Shown piece by piece: positions 23,392-34,101 of a stretch of DNA of 64,000 nucleotides. The stretch is from Lepidodermella squamata (taxonomy: Eukaryota > Animalia > Gastrotricha), in the NCBI GenBank assembly GCA_047495785.1, contig JBLDXI010000009.1, forward strand, positions 5,270,001-5,334,000, in the 5' to 3' direction. The notes under the pieces are model-generated. The model did not search any database. It saw only the letters and a program-made list of their open reading frames with translations, and was not told the DNA's origin. The position numbers and the translations under genes were made by a program. Every line of letters starts with the position of its first letter. Within the stretch, counting starts at the first letter, position 1.

Positions 23392-24354
23392 GTTTGGCTA
23401 TCGCTATACCTTTTGTCATACGTACCTACTTATTGTACCTACTGGCTCTCGCGCGCTTTGATTTTATCTAATTTAAATATCACTTCCAATGCGCAGATGT
23501 TATTAATTTGAATAGTTTTTTTTATCTGGCAAAATATGGAAAACATCCGTGTTGTAAAGATATCGTGAATACTGTTTTGCTTTTTTGTTGTTTCCTCTTC
23601 GTTTTGTGTTTTTTGTTATTGATGATTGGGTGAAGCGACGGGTAAATACTTTGTTGCTATAGAAGGTTGTTGCTTTAGAAAAAGTTCATGGTTGATGATT
23701 TGCTTAACATTTTAATCTGGTTATGTCTTTTCAATTGAAAATGCCGGGCGAAATTTTGTGAAAATAAAAAGCGGTAATGCGATTTGTTGTACTCGTACAG
23801 TAAGGCGGATAAATTCACAATAACTTGCATAACACCACACGCACGAATTTCGCGCGAAAGCGCGCGCATCCGCGTTTGAAAACTCGCCAAGCGCAACCTC
23901 GCTCCGGAGAAGGCTCAGATAGCCAAATGCGTGAGTACTAGGAACACCACAGCGCCGCTGTGTGCGCCCGCGCGCGCTCGCTGCGCACCACTGCGTAACA
24001 CCACGAGAATCGGTGTGGCGCCTTATTCCTAAATGGACTTCATCGACTTCACCTTCAAGAATGACTATCACAGGAGCAGTATGTTATCATTTCATGATGT
24101 TTAATTCGAGAAATTACCCAACGGCGAGCGAAGCGAGCTTTAGCTGACGATTTTTTCCAAATTTCAGCTCTGAAAATGGTCTAACAAAGCTTAAAAATTA
24201 CCCGTAACTATCCCGTCAACTCCTCATTTAGGGGCGATCTAAGATTTTGGTGTTTACACTTCACCGTTTTGGTGTTTACTTTGTAAACCTGTAAACCCCT
24301 TAAAAAAACACTGATATAACTCCCCTTCTCTTCATGTTGGCCGAAGCGTGTTAT

Positions 24355-25099
24355 CAGTGTTGAGAGAATCATATGATCAAACGCAGTAGCGCCCACGAGC
24401 AACTTGGTTGTTTGCTATATATCTTACCGCTGCAAGGGGGGAAGAAAATTAATGTAAAAATTTGTGATCGTCACCCAAACACAAAATGCACTGAAACCTG
24501 AAACGTACAGCGGCAAGATAGAGTATGCGCAAACTTTTTTGCCTCGCTTTTTTGAACAACTTCATAACCATGAGGAATTTTTCAATGCGGTTTTCGTCAG
24601 TCGATAGATCTAGCCTGGGGTGAACTTTCCTCAAATGTTGGTTAGAATGGGGTTCGAGAAAAAATTGACGAAAATGCTGTCCGCGACTTTTATTAAAAAT
24701 TCTCATTTTCGAAAAATGGCATTTTACAGGCATCATCCCGTGAACAGATCCCGTGTTGTCGGAGTTTTTCTTACCGTGTAGTTAGGTCAATAATGCGCCG
24801 TCAACAGACAAATTTCAAATAGAGCCCACAGAGAAGTTATTCTCCACCAACCGCGATCGGAAAAGGTTTTGTGAAATTTTTGATTGATCGGTGCCAATTT
24901 TATGAAACCTTGAGTTTCGGATAGTCGTAGATGTTTTTTGAGGAATCGGTGACTTGAATCCTTCACGGACCATCTCACGAAAAAACTTGACGCCTCTACA
25001 TGAATTTTCTTCCCACTTGCAGCGGCAAGATATATAGCAAATAACCAAGCTGCTCGTGGGCACGACTGCGTTAGATCATATATGATTCCCTCAACTCTA
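24355..25099. mobile_element. Old fold-back/MITE with ~100-bp imperfect TIRs (hAT-like CAG/TAG ends)
   Basis: 24355-24460 is the diverged reverse complement of ~24998-25099. No clean TSD. Confidence 0.55.
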
Positions 25100-25251
25100 A
25101 TGCTAAGCTTAAGCGGTAATATTCCTACGAGGCGAATTTGTCAACCGGCAGCTGCAATTCCCAGCTACCTAGCCTAGCATCTAGCATGACTTCAGTTCAT
25201 TCTTTTCATTTCTTTCTTCATCTACGGAACATTTAAAACTCAACATTTGAC

Positions 25252-25627
25252 ATGGCAGCTAAAGTTGTACTCGCCGCGATCCTCGCGCTCTCTTGCGTCG
25301 CCTACACGGGTAACTTGCAATATTTCCACAATGATATCGGCATTTAAACATGTTGCGTTCTCAGTGGCACAGAATACTTACACTGCTAAAAGGAATGGTA
25401 TCTACTGTGGCGGTTCAAGCCAGCGTATATATAAGGGCTACAAAGCAGTTTCACAATGTGCTGATAAATGCACTGCGGAGAAGAACTTCTGCAGTTATTT
25501 CACCTGGGTAACACCCAGCATTGCCAATCAGCCTTTCCTATGCTGGACACATGAAAGCTGCGTCATTACGAGCCGAGCCCCTACGTCGGCGCCTGGCACG
25601 AAATTCGAGCTGTACGCGAAAAACTGA
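25252..25627 (+). CDS. Small secreted PAN/apple-like protein, copy C; join(25252..25309,25365..25627)
   Basis: Signal peptide MAAKVVLAAILALSCVAYT; same intron; VSQCADKC..FCSYFTW..LCWTHESC. Confidence 0.8.
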
Positions 25628-26312
25628 TGAAAGTCAAGGTATCAGTTATCAGAAGAGGAGGACAATATGTTGAATAGATCGCGCTACGGCCAACATGAAG
25701 AGAAGGGGAGTTATATTCAAAGTTATATTGAAGACCGTAACTACAAAATAAAACTGCATTGCGAAAAAGTGCTCTCACCCGATCAAAATATATACGGAAT
25801 TTGATGAACCAAGCCGATGCGCACATTTCAGGCACATTGGATCGCTTCAGAATTTCAGGAACGCGTTTGTGTGAGACAATGGGTATAAAAGGCAAGAAGT
25901 CCCTGACTTCATAATGACTTTATGGCAGAGGCTGAAGTATCACCCTCAATAATCCATTCATCATTCATCACGATATCACGCTGGCGCATGCCCATGGCGA
26001 AGTTGTATTCAAAATCGCCTGTTCCATTCGCTGAAATGCCAAGCTGATTCAAGGAACTAGCCGTGCCGTGGGCCTAATTCGGCATAGTATATTTCTCGTG
26101 AGGTAACTGCTATCCTAAAAATTTCAATTGGATTTATTCCCAAACAAATTCAAAAATTCCTATTAGCTTGAAACTTGATATTTTGCTCGATTTTAAAGTT
26201 CAAAATAACAAATCAAGCACAGCGTGAGGTTAGTTGAACGTCTCACCTGCGTCCGGAAGATAGTTAAAATCACGAGGATGCTGATGCAGCTGGCTCCAGG
26301 GCTTGGAGATTC

Positions 26313-27440
26313 TATTTATTTATTTATTTAAGAGCATTTATCTCACAGTTGAGAGCTCGGTTATAAAAAATTGTCAATGAGAAAAAAGGTAGCAACAAGT
26401 CATGATTATTCGGTCCTGTTCAGAATTTAAGAGTCAAGTAGATGTACAATTAACAATTAATTAACAATTATTAATCGACAGCAGCTTGCTATATACACGA
26501 TCATCCGTTATTGAAATCAGGTGTTCATAAACAATTTGACGACACGCGTTCGCGCTGTGGCACGCATTAAATCCACAAGTACAAGCCGGAGGTAATTCAG
26601 TATAAGCAAGAATATCAATAGCACGATTGTAAGGACAATGTATGTACAAAGGAAGTTTGTTAAAAAAAAGTAGGACCTCGATAAGCGAGGCTAATCTGAC
26701 CCGTTTTCAGCCGCATGTTGGGAATTTTGAATGTCAGTCGGGCACCACGTGTTTGTCGAATGGCCTGATTTGTTGAAATAAATAGATTGTACGGACTTGG
26801 GGGCTTGGTCGACCAAACAGCGATACATTAAGGTGGCTAAATGAACGCCTCGTTTGCCCTTTAGGTCTAGCCATCCCAATTCTTTTCGTAAGGCCTTAGC
26901 GTCGGCATGATCTCGTTCGTGGCGCGGAAGAACCCGCACTTCGATGATTTTTTGCCCTGACTGTACCCCGCGAGTACAGCATAACGCACAGTATTGCATA
27001 TAGTATCCAAGGCTGTACTCCGGCGGTACAGTCAGGGCAAAAAATCATCGAAGTGCGGGTTCTTCCACGCCACGAACGATCTGGGGCGTTCATGATTATA
27101 CGGACAGCCCTATCTTGAAGGCTTTGCATTCTTTGCAAAGACGTATCACATGCCTCACCGACAACTGTGTCGCAATAATGCAGATGCGAAAAGATTAGCC
27201 CATTAGCCATGGCTTTGAGACAATTTCGGTTTAAGCCATTTTGCGCTGCTAATTTCAGTGCGAAAAGCCCTTTTCTCGCCTTAGCACATGCCTTTTCGAC
27301 ATGGTCATTGAAAATTAGTTTGTTATCTAAAATAACGCCCAGCAATGTCATCGAGTTTGTCTGATCGATTTTCTTCCCATCGATTTTGATTTCAAGTTTT
27401 GGTTCTGATGAACTGTAAGAGATAATCATCAATTGGGATT
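26313..27440 (-). mobile_element. 5'-truncated CR1/L2-like LINE (RT C-terminus, 3' UTR, (TAAA)n tail)
   Basis: LLGVILDNKLIFNDHV..LIFSHLHYC..LQSLQDRAVRII..LRKELGWLDL; tail TATTTATTTATTTATTT at ~26313-26329. Confidence 0.8.
26914..27078. mobile_element. 165-bp palindromic MITE inserted in the LINE
   Basis: ~67-bp inverted arms; ATCT duplicated on both sides; removing it restores the LINE frame NAPD-HADA. Confidence 0.85.
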
Positions 27441-27606
27441 TCTCAATTTCTCACACTGCACCAAAGCAGCGATGTCTATAAGATCAGGTCAGATTATCAC
27501 GTAAGTAGAACTAAACCTTAGCGTCGAAGACAGCAAACAAGCCGGGGCGCTAAAAATGTACATCTCTGATACAGCTCTAATGTTTTTGTTTAAGAATTAA
27601 TAATTC

Positions 27607-29046
27607 AAGAAGGAACTCCACCTAGTCTTCATCGATCTCGAAAAAGCCTATGATCTGGTGGACAGGGAAAAAGTATGGGCCGCCCTCCAAAATATGGGTG
27701 TAGAACCCAGCTTAATTGAAGCTATTCAAAGTCTATATAAAGTAAATAAAGTTGCTGTTAGAGTCGATTCTGAGCTCTCAGATTTCTTCTATGTTACCAG
27801 GGGACTAAGACAGGGTTGCCCGTTGTCTCCTTTGCTATTCATAGCGACCTTCAACAAAATTTGCGAAAAAATATCTGCTGAAAAATTAGGCTTTCCTATT
27901 AGCGAGACCGCAAACAGCGAGACCGCTATGAGCGAGACTGATTTCCTAAATTTACTAGCGTTTGCTGACGACGGAACACTTTTAGGCATGAACCACGACG
28001 AAATTTCACGACTACTTCACATTTTCGATTTGGCTTGCACCGAATTGGGTCTGAAAATTAACGCGGCAAAAACTCAATATATGATTATTTCTAGGGACGA
28101 GTCAGCCACTCAAAATTACGAATTGGAATTGAACGGGAAAAAACTTGAAAAAGTGACCAAATTTAAATATTTAGGGAGCATTATTACCAGTGACGGCAAA
28201 ATCGATGAGGAACTAAACTACAGAATTTCTAAGGCAGGCAGTGTTTTCGGCGCCATGAATAAATTCATGTGCAACAAAAGTCAGGTTTCCATAGCTACAA
28301 AACTTAAGGTACTGACATGTGTTATAATACCTACCATCATTTACGCCTGCGAATCGTGGAACATATCGATAGCCCAAGAAAATAGACTAAACACTATAGA
28401 ATATCGTTGGCTTCGATCTATAGTAGGTGTCCACCTAATGGACTATATTCCAAATATAGACATTCGACTTGCGTTATGCGGAGGTCTCATTGAAGTGAGC
28501 CGCATTGTTGAAAAACAAAGGCTAAGATATCTAGGGCACATAATTAGGTCACGTGACTATGACGTAGAAGGACTAATACACAAAATATATATTTGGACGC
28601 CTCCGCTTGGGTGGTTTGCACCCAGAGGTAGACCTCGAACCAGATGGATCAACGGAGTGCATAGAAGCCTAATTAAAGTAGGTCTTACTAAGGAAATTCG
28701 CCGGAAAAAGAAAACCAATAAGAACAATAAGGTCAAAGATAAGAAAAATAAAGCCACTAAGAAACGAGAAAATAGAAAAAATCCCGGCGAAAAGGATTTT
28801 GAGATCAAAATTATTCCCGATGTCCAACTAGCGGAATCGGTTTCTTTTGAAAAAGATGAATGGCGCATGGTTGTTAACTCGATTGAAATTACGAATTCTA
28901 TACAAAAAGCAGAATCCTCGACTGTGGGGGTGGGTGAGGATCATTCTTCGCCTGCCTTCGCCCTCTTCAAAACCGGAAACGGTACACGACGCTCAGTCCC
29001 GAAGAGGATAAATAAAAACATTATTATTTATATTATAATTCAATGA
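27607..29046 (+). mobile_element. 5'-truncated RTE-like LINE reverse transcriptase ORF
   Basis: FIDLEKAYD, GLRQGCPLSPLLF, AFADD, FKYLGS, RLRYLGH and RGRPRTRW motifs. Confidence 0.9.
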
Positions 29047-29721
29047 GTCGAAATTTTTTGAGCGGCAGCTGAAAAGATGGCGGGAACTTCTGACTTGAAT
29101 GATCGTAGATGACGTTGATAGCACAAGTTTAATAACATAAGCCAATGCAATCATCGGGCAAAATACGGCATAATCTACGCAAGTGACAAGTGTTTTCGGG
29201 TGACTACTTCGCCTCGATTTATCTCAAATCTTTTTCATTCCAAATTCTCAAAATCCCTATATTAGAAGATGCGAAACGTGACGACAATAAAATAACGCTA
29301 AATTTCGACGAGAAATCCACCATTTTTCATAAAGAAATTCCTGCCTCCCAAGTAATTTAATGTAATTCTCTCGATTCGGCGTACTTGTCGATAATAATGG
29401 TAAATTGAAGCAGGACAGATCTCAGCCTCAGCTCAGTCCATACTTCAGCGGTATTTCCGGCAGGCATACCTACTAACAACGCAGAGCGATGCACGGACAA
29501 CGCATAACGTACAAAAACAGGCGGCTGCGGTAAACGTGGCGAATGGGAGTAACCAGGCTGGGGGAATAATGAGTAACTGAGAAGTTATGATGCCATAATA
29601 GCAGCTGACAATACTCTCATAGATCCCTGGCGGACCAGCTCGAAACGAAGGAGCTCATTCGTATCTTCATTAATTCAAATTTTCTTGTTCCTAACACATC
29701 AATTAACAACTTGTATTCAAA

Positions 29722-30084
29722 ATGGCAGTCAGGTTCGCTCTTCTCGCCCTCGTCGCTCTTTCTTGCGTCGCTTACACGGGTAACATTGACCATTTCAATA
29801 CGACTTGGTAATTTGTCAACTGATTTCCCCTTTGAACAGTTTCACAGGCAAACATCGCCGGCTGGACGAAATTGCAAGATCAGTTTTGTCCGGACGTGTA
29901 CCGCACCGCGTCAAACACCAAGTCAGTTGAGCAATGTGCGAACACGTGCAATCGCCAAAAGAAGTGCAAATTCATCGGCTGGGAATCATTCGGCAACAAC
30001 GCATATTTCGAATGCTACATGTTCGAAACGTGCGCAGCAAAAAAAACCAGCAAGCCGCGCTACGCCTTGTACAAAAGAAACTGA
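29722..30084 (+). CDS. Small secreted PAN/apple-like protein, copy D; join(29722..29779,29840..30084)
   Basis: Paralog of copy A with the same exon structure; signal peptide MAVRFALLALVALSCVAYT. Confidence 0.8.
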
Positions 30085-30282
30085 ATGCCATACAATAACG
30101 AGCAGAGACTGTTCTTGCGGCTGTAATTCGACCATTTGATGAGTATTAGCGTTAACGCTAGGTGAAGAGAGGGTCGAATATGAACAATAAAAGACATAAT
30201 GGGTGATGCAACAGTGTTTTATTGAAGTTAAAGAAATCTTACTTATTATAAGTACATGGCGATAGCTCAAACTTGAAAAATA

Positions 30283-30770
30283 CAGTGCAGAATCGTTAAA
30301 ACGAACGTATAATGCCAGAAAAAACGATCGCTGTAGAAAATAGTTCGCTACAACCGATGTTGCGGCTTTAGTTGGCTTTATTGGGATTTTCTTGATTCTC
30401 TTGAATTCTCCATTTTCGGCACTGTGATCCGATTCATCCCATTCTGATGACCCAGATCAGGCTGAAAATTCATGATACGATTCATTGGAAGAATTTTCTT
30501 CCTCAGGAGTTTGTGATTTGGCATTCTTAGCCCTGATTTCGGATAAAAATTCGAGAATAATTGCTATAATCTTCAGGTTCGTAATAACGATATTGACGCA
30601 CGAGCGGGCCACCTCGCGGCGTTCGCTACAGAAAAAGTTTGTTATAAAATGTTCGTTACAGCAAACGTTGTTCACATGCAAAATAGCCTAGTTCGGCACA
30701 ATCCAGCAATTTTGGTTCGTTACAACAAAAGTTCGTAATATACCTCGTTCCTTATAACGATTCTGCACTG
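30283..30770. mobile_element. Tc1/mariner (pogo/Tigger-like) MITE
   Basis: TIR CAGTGCAGAATCGTTA; TA TSD on both sides. Confidence 0.8.
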
Positions 30771-31436
30771 TACTGCAGGCTTAGTCAACGAGGTAACGGT
30801 AAATCGCCATGCAAAATTTTAATTTCGTTATTGTGGCCGTGTCGCGCAACTGATACGGACAAGCTTGATAACAAAGGATTCCCCGTGTATCAATATAATT
30901 TTTTCCAAGTTTCATCGAATTCAATTGAAAACTGGGCGCACAGTTGCATTTCGAAAAATTTGGCTTCTGTATGGCTAATTTAGCCAGAGTTGCCTAGACC
31001 TGCAATACCGATGCAACTCTATTCAAAGTTTTCACGTGTTCAAAGTCACGTCATGGTTAATTTTCACATCCAGCGATTTAAGCGATTCAAGTGATTTAAC
31101 CTGTAGAACGCGAATGTATGCTGTTCTGTATAGTCGTGTTTTTTATGGTTGTTCAGCGGTTGTTTTTTATGAGAAAAATCTCAGCCGATGGCGAGAGCAA
31201 AAGTCTGAAAATAAAAACTGTTCGTTCATGCGGCTAAACCGGCTCATTTTTCGCCTACTGTCCTCATTTATACCATATCATCTTAGAATACGAAAATTCA
31301 GCCAGTAAGACCTATTTCTGTAGGCTGCTCTAATGTTAGACTTAAACATGACACGCAATCAATTTTGGCGTCACTTTCAGAATGTGAAAAATGCAAAACA
31401 AATTTTACAAGAAGATTCTCCTACTCCTTTGTGTAT

Positions 31437-31670
31437 AGGTTGCACTGACGATTTGCACGGACAACGGTGGCAACGCATCAACAAGCAAGCAAACCACGGG
31501 GAAGAAATTATCGCGATAACTAATACTAAAGTTTGAAACTAGCGCTGTCTAATGTGAAGCAATTATTCACGTATTCACGTATTTGGCAATTCTTGAACGA
31601 CAGCTGAAAAACTGGATCTATTTATTCTGGCATCGAGGCCGATAAAATGCGCTTAAGCTCAATTTAATAC
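31437..31670 (+). pseudogene. Orphaned upstream/promoter region of a copy-B paralog
   Basis: Homologous to ~11082-11300 (GCACGGACAA..GCAACGCATCA..GCCGATAAAA..AGCTCA). No coding part follows; cut at the 31677 insertion. Confidence 0.55.
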
Positions 31671-31676
31671 TTATTA

Positions 31677-31900
31677 CCGTCATTCGGGGCTATCGCAGGA
31701 TACGGGCTATTCGGTGAAAAGTTTGTTCAATTAGTATTCCATAACAGCTGCAATTTTTCATGCAACTTAAAACTTCGGAACACTCAAGCAAAACTTCGGT
31801 TACGTGGCAATTTCCGCGCGCGCACACAGCGTGACGACCGCGAAGTTCCTGTTGTTGTTTGCGGGCGGAAGATTTCGACACGCCCAAACTACGAAAGGGG
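31677..31900. mobile_element. Truncated pogo-like element end related to 44131-45069
   Basis: TA|CCGTCATTCGGGGCTATC...GGGCTATTCGG resembles the 44131 TIR. Other end not found. Confidence 0.45.
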
Positions 31901-32239
31901 CCGCGGAATAGACACATATTTTTTCAAGGCCACTTGAATTCTCAAAGTTCCAAAATAAGGAGATGCGAAACGTGACGACGATAACGAAGCTAAAGTAACA
32001 TTTTTCAGAATAAAATTGATTGAATTGATTCATGGAATTGATCGGATTGAAATGATTTTTCATCGCGCACTAGAAACTATTTTTAATGGCGGTAATATCT
32101 ATTATTTCTATATTGGTTTTTTGTGAAAAATAAGAGTTTACTGCGTGCCCCAGGTTCCGTCACTACGACTTGAACCCCGTTCCGAGCGATAACCCTTCAG
32201 ATACAGTAGCTCAACGACCTAGCTGAACCTCCGTGCCTC

Positions 32240-32517
32240 CAGTGGCGGAGATACGAGGGTGATTAGAGGTGCACGTGCACCCCCGGTCTTCACCCCCCAA
32301 AATGGACCCTGATGGCGCCTTTACCGAGATACCCACAGGGGGACCCTTATGCGCGGCCAGCCTCGTTTCAATGATCGATTTTTTGCTATTGCCTATTGAT
32401 GTTGCGCGAGACCAGCACCACCTTATTTTTCGGTTTTCGGCGCCTTAGCAGAGGCTACCTAACTCGGACCTCATTGGCGCCTTGCACACCCGGCAAAATT
32501 TCATATCTCCGCCGCTG
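32240..32517. mobile_element. hAT-type MITE
   Basis: TIR CAGTGGCGGAGATA / TATCTCCGCCGCTG; perfect 8-bp TSD CGTGCCTC. Confidence 0.85.
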
Positions 32518-32884
32518 CGTGCCTCCCATGTAATTTAATGTAATTCTCTCCATTCGGCGTACTTGACGAAAATAATGGTAAATTGAAGCAGGACAGATCT
32601 CATTTTGTCCATACTTCAGCGGTATTTCCGGCAGGCATACCTACTAACAACGCAGAGCGATGCACGGACAACGCATAACGTACGAAAACATGCGATAAAC
32701 GTGGCGAATGGGAGTAACCAGGCTGGGGGAATTAAGTAACTGAGAAGTTATGATGCCAAAATAGCAGCTGAAAATACTCTCATGGATCCCTGGCGGACCA
32801 GCTCGAAACGAAGGAGCTCATTCGTATCTTTATTAACTCATTTTTTCTTGTTCCTAACACGTCAATTAACAACTTTTATTCGAA

Positions 32885-33247
32885 ATGGCAGTCAGGTTCG
32901 CTCTTCTCGCATTCGTCGCTCTTTCTTGCGTCGCTTACACGGGTAACATTGACCATTTCAATACGACTTGGTAATTAGTCAACTGATTTCCCCTCTGAAC
33001 AGTTTCACAGGCAAACATCGCCGGCTGGACGAAATTGCAAGATCAGTTTTGTCCGGACGTGTACCGCACCGCGTCAAACACCAAGTCAGTTGAGCAATGT
33101 GCGAACACGTGCAATCGCCAAAAGAAGTGCAAATTCATCGGCTGGGAATCATTCGGCAACAACGCATATTTCGAATGCTACATGTTCGAAACGTGCGCAG
33201 CAAAAAAAACCAGCAAGCCGCGCTACGCCTTGTACAAAAGAAACTGA
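32885..33247 (+). CDS. Small secreted PAN/apple-like protein, copy E; join(32885..32942,33003..33247)
   Basis: Mature domain identical to copy D; one signal-peptide change (L to F). Confidence 0.8.
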
Positions 33248-33854
33248 ATGCCATACAACAACGGGCAGCGATGGCTCTTGCGGCTGTAATTCGACCATTT
33301 GATGAGAGTTAGCGTTAACGCTAAGTGAAGAGAGGGTCGAACATGACAAATAAAAGACATAAATAAAATTTATCCAGAGCGTTAACAACTGTAGACCTCT
33401 GGGTTTATCAACTTCGGGGAGGAACAAGGCCAAGTGAAAGTGGGCTATATGCTCAGCTAGAGGTATCCCACACTTCTTTCTCTCTCTCTTCCCCAGTTCA
33501 AAGAGCCTCACTGTAATAAGACCTTGAAGGATTGCTGGGATTGCTGGCCTAATCAACGAGATCAATAAGCTACTTCGCCATGCAGCATTTTATGTTGCTT
33601 ATCGTGGACCGGTCGGGCAGTCAATTCGGACGAGTTCGATATCAAAGGATTCCCCGTGTTTCAGTGTACTCGTCATGGTTAATTTTCGCGATTTATAAGT
33701 AATTCAAGGGATTATTAATCCCCTGGAATACGGAGGCATACAAATGTGTATACATTGTGTAATCTCAGCGGTAGGTCTTTTGTGACACAAGTTAGATATG
33801 TAGACTGTATTTCATCTGCAATCCCATGCTAAAAAAATTTTTATGTTTTCAAGT

Positions 33855-34101
33855 TCTTTTCAAGTCGCTGCTGATGACGTCCCCGGCTACCTGTTTCTAC
33901 CGAACTCCTTTTGCCAGTCCTCAGCAATGGCCGCAGAAAGTGTTGACTGCTATGGAGTGTTGCCATTGTGGGCCTGTTCTATTGCGAGAAGAAGATGTTG
34001 GTGAGAAACTTTAGTCGGAAAAATAAAATGAGCGATGAAAAAGAGTACGTTATTCGCCTAACTTTGGCACAGGGATGCTTCCATTGCGGTACTAACTAGG
34101 T
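33855..34101 (+). pseudogene. Internally deleted exon-2/3'UTR remnant of a copy-B paralog
   Basis: TTTTCAAG|TCGCTGCTGATGACGTCCCCGGCTAC..TTTCTACCGAAC matches 11468-11528; 3' part matches 11785-11917. Confidence 0.7.

Larger units (their letters stand above)
15164..24022. mobile_element. Zator-type DNA transposon with two genes (5.3 kb without the nested MULE)
   Basis: Identical 111-bp TIRs at 15164-15274 and 23912-24022, starting GGCGCCACAC; TTA TSD at 15161-63 and 24023-25; Zator-like transposase inside. Confidence 0.85.
14749..24313. mobile_element. Non-autonomous TIR element (~0.7 kb without nested inserts), P- or hAT-like
   Basis: Termini CAGGGT(8)AAG and CTTA(7)CACTG; 7-bp TSD ATATAAC on both sides; internal direct repeats (GCGAGCGAAGCGAGCTTTAGCT, TTTGGTGTTTAC). 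The inverted paralog near 25705 reads through as an empty site. Confidence 0.7.

Noticed and set aside
15164-24022. PIF/Harbinger assignment (TTA TSD, two genes)
   Set aside because: Transposase motifs (DHDF, DGG, SAFNPIER) fit Zator/TP36 rather than Harbinger, and ORF2 shows no Myb/SANT tryptophan pattern.
30440-30475. Hammerhead-like CTGATGA...GAAA
   Set aside because: Stem II closure and stems I/III do not form.
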